Positions 16,156 through 22,454 of a DNA stretch of 22,454 nt are shown here, in pieces. Origin of the DNA: Candidatus Thorarchaeota archaeon (lineage in GTDB: Archaea; Asgardarchaeota; Thorarchaeia; Thorarchaeales; Thorarchaeaceae); NCBI GenBank assembly GCA_016839605.1, contig JAEOTX010000247.1, positions 1-22,454 of the forward strand. The letters are read 5' to 3'. The translations under genes and the position numbers were made by a program. Every line of letters begins with the position of its first letter. Positions within the stretch are counted from its first letter, which is position 1. The notes under the pieces were generated by a model that was given only the letters and a program-made list of their open reading frames with translations, was not told the origin of the DNA and searched no databases.

Positions 16156-16169
16156 CTAGCCAATTGCTG

Positions 16170-17360
16170 TCACGGACTCTGACTTAATGGTTTCCTGCCA
16201 ACTGTCAGCTCATCGACCAATTCAGCTAGGTCAATGACATCTATTTCATCTGAGCCTGCGGCATCTCTGAGATTTCGAGTGCAGAATGGACAAGCAGACA
16301 CTATCTTTTGTGCACCAGTCTCCATAGCTTGTTGGACCCTCGCTTTTCCAGTAGATATCGCCATTTCTTCATACGCAGATTTTGCGCCGCCGCCTGCGCC
16401 GCAACACCACGCGTTGTCACGATTCTTCTTCATCTCAATCACGGAAACTGGAAGCTGGGAAAGCACCTCTCGGGGGATTTCATATACCCCCATATGTCTT
16501 CCAAGATGGCATGGATCGTGGTAGGTGATGTTGAGGTCCGATGCTGACGAAATGACCCTAAGATTGCCAGCTCGGATCAGGTCTCTGAACATCTCTGATG
16601 AGTGAATGAATTCCACATCCAGCTTCAGTCCAAGTTCAGAATAGTCTTTGGACAGTGTTCTGAAGCATCCGGCGCAAGAAGTAATGACTTGCTTCGCACC
16701 TGAACTCCGAATCGCATCAGCATTATGTTGCATGAGTTCATTGACACTCTTATTCTGACCTGTCCGTAGCAGAGGAGATCCACAGCAGAACTCATCGACT
16801 ATAGTGAAATCAACTCCTGCTTTCTTGAGGACCGATATTGTAGCATCACGAATCTGGGTCTCTCTATAGTTTGATGTGCACCCAACAAACAAGACATTCT
16901 CTGCGGTCTCTGGGAGGTTATGTTCTTGAACTAGTTCCCTACTATGATGTTCGGCTTTGTAGGGATTATGATATTCCTCAACGTAATTTCGGAACTTCTC
17001 ATGGGCTTCAAGTGCTCCGACATTCTCCACTGCAATTCTTCGCAGGTCCTCAATGATATCGATTATGTGTCCTCGATGCGGAGCATGGCATTGTACTTCA
17101 CAGGCACCACATGTTGTACAAGCGAAGATTGACTGTAGCAATGAATCATCCCACTGAATCTGGTTTGTCTGAAGTCCTCGAGCAAGCCAGATTCTGCCTG
17201 ATGCAAAATAGGTCTCGAATCCAAAGTGCTCTCCAGAAGGGCAAGATGCTTCGTACTCAAGGAACTGATATTTGCAGGTGCCGCATCTGATGCAGCTGTG
17301 AAGCCACTCCTCGATATGTGCACCAGGTTCCGAGTTCACCATTGAATCAGTCTCTTTCAT
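16170..17360 (-). CDS. Fe-S oxidoreductase, HdrD/GlcF/GlpC-like (2x[4Fe-4S] + two CCG domains)
   Basis: CIRCGTC..CP and CTTCGACEVQC; FVGC, EFCCGSP, TSCAGC, YHDPCHLGR, WCCGAGGG, SACPFC. Start overlaps the upstream gene. Confidence 0.9.
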   Translation of the reverse strand: MKETDSMVNSEPGAHIEEWLHSCIRCGTCKYQFLEYEASCPSGEHFGFETYFASGRIWLARGLQTNQIQWDDSLLQSIFACTTCGACEVQCHAPHRGHIIDIIEDLRRIAVENVGALEAHEKFRNYVEEYHNPYKAEHHSRELVQEHNLPETAENVLFVGCTSNYRETQIRDATISVLKKAGVDFTIVDEFCCGSPLLRTGQNKSVNELMQHNADAIRSSGAKQVITSCAGCFRTLSKDYSELGLKLDVEFIHSSEMFRDLIRAGNLRVISSASDLNITYHDPCHLGRHMGVYEIPREVLSQLPVSVIEMKKNRDNAWCCGAGGGAKSAYEEMAISTGKARVQQAMETGAQKIVSACPFCTRNLRDAAGSDEIDVIDLAELVDELTVGRKPLSQSP

Positions 17361-18783
17361 CGAGACCCCACCTTCCTGGGTTCATGATTCCATTTGGATC
17401 GAGTGCCCGTTGCACCCTTCTCATCAGCATTACAAAATTGGGATCCAATCTTTCCTGAAGCTTCTTGGCAGCCCACACCGGTGTCTTGTATGGGATAGCT
17501 CCATAACTCAATGCAAGGTCAAGTAGCTCTGCATTGCACTCTCGAACTCGTTTGACTGTATCATCATCTTTTGGAAATCGAAAAATGAACTTGAACTCCC
17601 CAAAGTGCATCCCCTTCATGGCCTTAAGGTTCGCGATGAGCTCGAATCCATATTTCTCAACAATTGCACGTCCCTCCTCAAGCACGGTCTTCCAGTACTT
17701 TGGATGAATGTAGGTGCCTACCCATGTTAGTCCGTCATGTTCGGCTAGTACCTTATACATCTCTGATGGAAGGTCCACAAAAGGACCCCACTGGTCGCCC
17801 ATAAGTTTCATCAACCCCTCCCAAGAGATCAGGACATGACGTGAATCGGTTTCTCGCTCTTCATTCACTATTCTCCGTATCACATTGATTTTCTCTGAAA
17901 CCTCGGTTTCAGTATTGCCACTGACAGTAAGCAACATTCCATAATCCGGCTCACCGTCATACAGCTCGACTGGTGCCGCAACCCCACTTACCATTTTCAC
18001 CAAGGGAGTACTCACACAAACGGAATCATCCAGCACCTGAGTTCTCGCAATCCGGGTCAGCATTCGGATTGTTGGTTCTTCACCAAAACAAAGCAATCCC
18101 ACGTGTCTGTTGAATGGCATCTTGGGCCAGAGCTGCAGCGCCATCTTAGTTACAATGCCAGTCATTCCCTGCCATCCAGCAAAGAGACCCACAAGGTCAG
18201 GGAGGGGATATCGTGAAAACCAGTTGCCTTCTCCTGAGGCGCCAGTGCCTACGCGTACAACTTCACCAGTTGGTAACACTGCTTCTAACCCATTAATGAA
18301 GTCAGCCATGGCTCCATGTCTTGTAGATAAGTCACAGAGTCCCTCTAGCAAAGCGTTAGCAAGAACCGACGTGTACGGCGGAGCGAGAGGATAGGTGTAC
18401 CTGAGTGTGGGGTGGTGATCATCAAGATACTTCTTCAGATGACCAAATGTAACTCCGGGCTCTACAAGAACATACATCGCTTCTTCGTCCACCTCGATGA
18501 TGCGATTCATTCGTTTGAGATCCACAATCACAGCACCCTCGACCGCGGGAATGGTTAATCCGCCCACACTCTGCCCAGTCACAAACGGTATCAAGGGAGT
18601 CTTTGTTGTGTTCGCAGCTTGGACAATTTGCTGAACCTCTTCCAATGTCTGAGGCATAACTACCAAAGAAGGCGGCAAGGAAGGATTCTCAGTCATATCG
18701 TAGGAGTATACGTGCTTCTCTGCCGCGCCGTCTGCAACTCTTTCTGGTCCCACAATCTTCATCAATCGTTGTTTGATCTCCAT
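17347..18783 (-). CDS. FAD-binding oxidoreductase, VAO/PCMH-GlcD superfamily
   Basis: P..VV.P...EEVQ.IV, IVDLKRMNRIIEVD, VEPGVT, GLEAVLPTGEVV, GMTGIVT, C-terminal LDPNGIMNPG. Confidence 0.9.
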   Translation of the reverse strand: MEIKQRLMKIVGPERVADGAAEKHVYSYDMTENPSLPPSLVVMPQTLEEVQQIVQAANTTKTPLIPFVTGQSVGGLTIPAVEGAVIVDLKRMNRIIEVDEEAMYVLVEPGVTFGHLKKYLDDHHPTLRYTYPLAPPYTSVLANALLEGLCDLSTRHGAMADFINGLEAVLPTGEVVRVGTGASGEGNWFSRYPLPDLVGLFAGWQGMTGIVTKMALQLWPKMPFNRHVGLLCFGEEPTIRMLTRIARTQVLDDSVCVSTPLVKMVSGVAAPVELYDGEPDYGMLLTVSGNTETEVSEKINVIRRIVNEERETDSRHVLISWEGLMKLMGDQWGPFVDLPSEMYKVLAEHDGLTWVGTYIHPKYWKTVLEEGRAIVEKYGFELIANLKAMKGMHFGEFKFIFRFPKDDDTVKRVRECNAELLDLALSYGAIPYKTPVWAAKKLQERLDPNFVMLMRRVQRALDPNGIMNPGRWGLDERD

Positions 18784-18787
18784 TGAT

Positions 18788-19147
18788 TCAAACCCCCATT
18801 GCTCTCACTATCAATCGATAGAAACGGAAAGCTGCTCGAGGATGTTTAAGTAGACCTCTAATCCTGAGTTTCCTGTTTATCAACCCACGAACTGGTGACA
18901 TTTCTTCTGCTGCTATACTGACTATGGTGTCAAAGGTGGTTCCTAGGATAATTGTTGGATTCGGAACTGCACCTCTCTCTATCGTGATGCCGTCAGCAAA
19001 AGTGAGTGTCACTGGGTAGTAATCAGTGTCAAGAACGACCGTCATTCTCCAATCCTTGACTTCTGAAAGCAATCTATCATCTTCAAATTGCCTAGCAAGG
19101 AGAATGTACAGAACATTGCCAACCAGGTCTTTTGGTTCATTGAGCAT
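18788..19147 (-). CDS. SCP2 sterol/lipid-binding domain protein
   Basis: 119 aa from ATG 19147 (GAGGT RBS). VTLTF.DG.ITIERG....PTIIL..TFDTIVSI..EEMSPVRGLINRKLRIRG matches the SCP2 C-terminal signature. Confidence 0.72.
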   Translation of the reverse strand: MLNEPKDLVGNVLYILLARQFEDDRLLSEVKDWRMTVVLDTDYYPVTLTFADGITIERGAVPNPTIILGTTFDTIVSIAAEEMSPVRGLINRKLRIRGLLKHPRAAFRFYRLIVRAMGV

Positions 19148-19298
19148 GCTAAGGACCTCTAATCCCTTACACCGACTGGAGGTCACAGGTAGAACTGTAA
19201 CATAAATGCCTCGAGTCATGAGGATGGCACGCAAGCTCTTCAACCATCCATCTAATAGCAAGAGTTATTGACTCTCATGGGCGACGTTGCAGCCAATC

Positions 19299-21674
19299 AT
19301 GGCTCCAACTGAGTATCATTCTGCGTGTGCGCTAAATTGCCCTGATATCTGTGCATTTGTAGTAGAAGTTGTTGACGGAAGAATCACGAGGATTAAGGGA
19401 AATCCTGACCACCCCTACACTCTGGGGCGTTGTTGTCCAAAGGGGTATGCACATGTTCTGAGGATGTATTCTGAGGACCGATTGAAATATCCACTGCGTA
19501 GACAGGATGATGGGAGCTTCAAGAGGATAACATGGGATGAAGCATTAGATGAGATTGCTGATAGAATGCGAATTGCGAAGGAAACTAAGAATCCTCAGAC
19601 GGTTGGCATCTACTCAGGTTCAGGAAACGATGGCATGGCTCCGAGATATGCTGCTCGTTTCTCCAATACTTTTGGCTGTCGCATGATTCCAGGGATTGTG
19701 GAGATTTGCTTTGAGGGAGCGTATGAGGGCGTACGATTTAACGTTGGTCCGTTCCCCCCACATGAGCTAAACGACTGGGCTAACTCAAAGTGTATCGTCA
19801 TCTGGGGTACTAACAAGTTCGAGTCTAGTATCAAATCCAAGAGAGTCATCCAAGAAGCAATCGAGAATGGTGCCAAGCTCATTGTGATTGATCCTAGGAA
19901 GACTCCACACGCAGAAATTGCAGACATCTACACAACCATCAGGCCAGGAACTGATGGCGCTCTCGCCCTTGGTATCGCTAATGAGATCATAGCTCGAGGT
20001 CTCTATGACCATGAGTTTGTAAAGAACCATGTGCATGGGTTCGAGGAGTTCAAAGATCGAGTGGCAACATATGACAAGAGGACTGTTAGTGAAATCACAT
20101 GGGTGGACGTAAACACCATTGAAGAGATTGCGATTGCTTTTGCCACTCATGGTCCAGCTTTGATTATGACCGCGCCAGCTGGGATGAATCACTACACCAA
20201 CGGCACTTGGGCAGCCAGAGCAGTGCATAGCTTGCTTGCTATCTGTGGATACCTGGGGATTTCAGGCGGAGGTTTCCAGTACCTGTCTTCAGATAATAGC
20301 CCATTCAACAGTACCGCGGTGACTCTTGAACACATACTGGATTCCTCGATTCAACCCGTTGTACCATCTGGCACGTATATTCCGGAATATGTCCTCAGTC
20401 ACAACGAGAGCCCTCTCGACGTGTTAGTCATCCAGGCTGCCAGCCCTATGACTCAGTGGCCGAATACCAATAAGGTGAGGGAGGCACTTGAGAAGATACC
20501 TTTCAAGGTCTGTATTGATCTTGAGTTGACTGACACAGCACGTCTTTGCGAGATTGTACTTCCTGCCACCTTTATCTTTGAACACGACAATCTTGTCCAT
20601 AGTGAACTTCATAGAATAGTTCAGCTCGCACCCAAAATTGTGGAGCCCGAAGGGGAAGCCCGTGATGAACTAGACATATGGAAGGGGATTGCGGAACGAT
20701 TGGGGATGGATGAGTACTTCCAGCTTACGCCAAGGGAAGCAATGAGGTTGGCTCTAGGCTCAGAGGAATGCAGGCATATCACATTGGATGGCCTAATGGA
20801 ACATCCCGAAGGAATTCGTACCACAGCACCAGTTATTCCATTTTCAGATCGAGTCTTCAGCACATCTACAAAGAAGATCGAGCTCTATTCAGCTGAACTG
20901 GAGGCACTTGGTCATGATCCTCTTCCATTCCACGAAGAACCTGCCGAGAGTCCTGTCGCAACGCCAGAAGTCTTTGAAGATTATCCTCTCATCATGATAA
21001 CCGGGCGTCTGAGAGAGCGACTTCATTCACAATACACAACAGTAGGACTTGGTGCGGATGTGAAAAGTTTCGCGCACTGCACAACTTGTCAAGAATGCAT
21101 CAAGAAGTGTCCTGATGAGGCTATCACTCTGACTCAGCCAAGCCCTCAGCAGATTCAGATGAACAAAGAAGCGGAGCCCATTCCAAAGGCGAGGTTGAGA
21201 GAAGAACTTAGTTCTCTAGTTGGTGGTCTTGCCGTCCATCTATCTGATGATGAAATTTCAATTCCAGAAAGCTTAACGGGACTACTCATTCCTCGATGGG
21301 ATGAGAAGGCTTGCATAGGCTGCAGAGAATGCAACCTTGATGTCTGCCCCTATGATGTTGTGGAAGAGCCGATTAGGATGCCTAGTATGAAATCAGTTCC
21401 TCGTCAGCGTACATTCTTGAGGATGCATCCCGAAACAGCAACCAATCTGGGTCTAGCGAATGGAGACCGTGTCACTGTAGAGTCAAGAAGAGGGATAATC
21501 GCAGGAATCATCTTGGAGGTCACTGATGAGATTGACCCAAGACTCGTATGGTCAAGCGACGGATGGTGGGAGCGAGATGGTAACATCAATGTTCTGACAG
21601 ACGACAAGCATACTGCCTATGGGCACACTCCAGGATTCAACTCAGTCTTAGTGAAGGTTTACACATGTGAATGA
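19299..21674 (+). CDS. Molybdopterin (Mo/W-bisPGD) oxidoreductase, DMSO reductase superfamily, with inserted ferredoxin domain
   Basis: N-terminal CALNCPDIC...C [4Fe-4S] motif, RLKYPL, ITWDEALD, candidate Cys ligand in EICFEG, IVIWGTN, VIDPRKT, IRPGTDGALALG, IVLPA, domain IV LIMITGR...HSQ and MHPETA..LGL..GD.V.V.S.RG. Confidence 0.92.
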   Translation: MAPTEYHSACALNCPDICAFVVEVVDGRITRIKGNPDHPYTLGRCCPKGYAHVLRMYSEDRLKYPLRRQDDGSFKRITWDEALDEIADRMRIAKETKNPQTVGIYSGSGNDGMAPRYAARFSNTFGCRMIPGIVEICFEGAYEGVRFNVGPFPPHELNDWANSKCIVIWGTNKFESSIKSKRVIQEAIENGAKLIVIDPRKTPHAEIADIYTTIRPGTDGALALGIANEIIARGLYDHEFVKNHVHGFEEFKDRVATYDKRTVSEITWVDVNTIEEIAIAFATHGPALIMTAPAGMNHYTNGTWAARAVHSLLAICGYLGISGGGFQYLSSDNSPFNSTAVTLEHILDSSIQPVVPSGTYIPEYVLSHNESPLDVLVIQAASPMTQWPNTNKVREALEKIPFKVCIDLELTDTARLCEIVLPATFIFEHDNLVHSELHRIVQLAPKIVEPEGEARDELDIWKGIAERLGMDEYFQLTPREAMRLALGSEECRHITLDGLMEHPEGIRTTAPVIPFSDRVFSTSTKKIELYSAELEALGHDPLPFHEEPAESPVATPEVFEDYPLIMITGRLRERLHSQYTTVGLGADVKSFAHCTTCQECIKKCPDEAITLTQPSPQQIQMNKEAEPIPKARLREELSSLVGGLAVHLSDDEISIPESLTGLLIPRWDEKACIGCRECNLDVCPYDVVEEPIRMPSMKSVPRQRTFLRMHPETATNLGLANGDRVTVESRRGIIAGIILEVTDEIDPRLVWSSDGWWERDGNINVLTDDKHTAYGHTPGFNSVLVKVYTCE

Positions 21675-21678
21675 GCTC

Positions 21679-22149
21679 TCATTCCTCTTTTGGCATAGGC
21701 CACGTACCTTGAGCTAACCGGTTCACAATGATTTGTCCAAGATGATACGAATTGTGCTGGGCAAGAATGATCAGTGCTGATAACATTGGATAGTTCGCCC
21801 ACGAAGCCATCGGAGCTGCTAGATCGCTCTCTAAAGCTAGAGCCTTTGCTTCTTCAAGACCGACCTTGAAACGTGTTTTCAAATCATTCCATGTGTCGGT
21901 GGTGGAATCAGAGGGCCAGCTTGTTGAGCCATCCTTCGGCCATTTCACTTCCGCTAGGCGAGCAGCCTTGATGCAGAGGTCTTGCCAATACACAATGTGA
22001 TACAACTGTTCCCAGGATGAATGAACATTCTCTGCAATGCGTTCTTTCGCATGTTTATCCGATACGCCATCTAGGATCTTCAGTGATTCAGCGTGAGTAC
22101 CTTTGCCATACAATCCTGCAGCCAGAGCTTTACCAAGCTTCTCTTTCAT
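21679..22149 (-). CDS. DinB/YfiT-like four-helix-bundle protein
   Basis: HSSWEQLYHIVYWQD and HNSYHLGQI metal-binding His motifs. Confidence 0.85.
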   Translation of the reverse strand: MKEKLGKALAAGLYGKGTHAESLKILDGVSDKHAKERIAENVHSSWEQLYHIVYWQDLCIKAARLAEVKWPKDGSTSWPSDSTTDTWNDLKTRFKVGLEEAKALALESDLAAPMASWANYPMLSALIILAQHNSYHLGQIIVNRLAQGTWPMPKEE

Positions 22150-22205
22150 GAGTTGACAGTAGATTAGTGAGTTTTATTCTTAGCTATTCCATGATGGCCT
22201 AAGTC

Positions 22206-22218
22206 AAAAGCTATATGA
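22206..22218 (+). promoter_or_regulatory. Candidate BRE/TATA promoter of the aminopeptidase gene
   Basis: AAAAGCTATATGA about 37 nt upstream of ATG 22255. Confidence 0.4.
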
Positions 22219-22254
22219 TGGTGTTTAGTGCCGACCTCTGATGGTGGAATACGA

Positions 22255-22454
22255 ATGGACCCACGAATTCTGGAACATGCAAAGATTTTGGTACAATGGA
22301 GCCTGGATATTCAGCCTGGTGATATGGTCGGAATCATGGGCAGTCCTCTTTCGCATGACTTGGTCATTGCTCTCAATAAAGAAGTAGCGAAAGCTGGCGG
22401 AAGGCCAATCAACCTGTTTGACAGTGATGAGGTCACACGGGCCTTCTACGATGG
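22255..22454 (+). CDS. Aminopeptidase, M29 (AmpS/PepS/AmpT) family, 3'-truncated by window end
   Basis: Not in the ORF track. Manual translation MDPRILEHAKILVQWSLDIQPGDMVGIMGSPLSHDLVIALNKEVAKAGGRP... matches the typical M29 N-terminus. GGTGG RBS upstream. Confidence 0.85.
   Translation, partial: MDPRILEHAKILVQWSLDIQPGDMVGIMGSPLSHDLVIALNKEVAKAGGRPINLFDSDEVTRAFYD

Noticed and set aside
19148-19261. N-terminal extension of the SCP2 ORF
   Set aside because: It spans the divergent promoter region; an RBS-supported ATG exists at 19147.
589-21607. Numerous 60-150 aa antisense or alternate-frame ORFs in the track (e.g. 1885-2316, 7597-7977, 11842-12270, 14062-14520, 19785-20228)
   Set aside because: They lie within or largely overlap well-supported genes and show no motifs; shadow ORFs.
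1-22454. Defence systems, mobile elements, RNA genes
   Set aside because: No transposase, integrase, nuclease, CRISPR repeat, tRNA or rRNA pattern was recognised by eye. tRNAscan-SE or Infernal would be needed to exclude small RNAs.

Overview
Gene-dense archaeal chromosomal window, most likely from an Asgard archaeon. This is inferred from an archaeal-type ThrRS, a Rab-like small GTPase lacking a prenylation motif, a stand-alone longin-like protein and archaeal promoter/RBS motifs; Thorarchaeota is a guess. It holds about 22 CDS. Metabolic and housekeeping genes include threonine ammonia-lyase, a saccharopine/lysine dehydrogenase-family enzyme, thrS, a disulfide oxidoreductase, a DsrE-like protein, Fe-S/ferredoxin/DUF362 genes, an SCP2 + FAD-oxidoreductase + CCG Fe-S operon, a molybdopterin oxidoreductase, a DinB-family protein and a partial M29 aminopeptidase. 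The most interesting part is a co-oriented minus-strand cluster (8741-11736): Rab-like GTPase, small Zn-ribbon protein, longin-like protein, and a ~15-TM membrane protein built as 7TM+1+7TM with no soluble domain. It is a candidate archaeal receptor/transporter-GTPase module. Also notable: a 2x[4Fe-4S] ferredoxin inserted inside domain IV of the molybdoenzyme, an orphan Cys-rich secreted protein, and a possible small leader ORF. No rRNA, tRNA, CRISPR array or transposase was recognised. All calls are from motif reading by eye; no searches were run.
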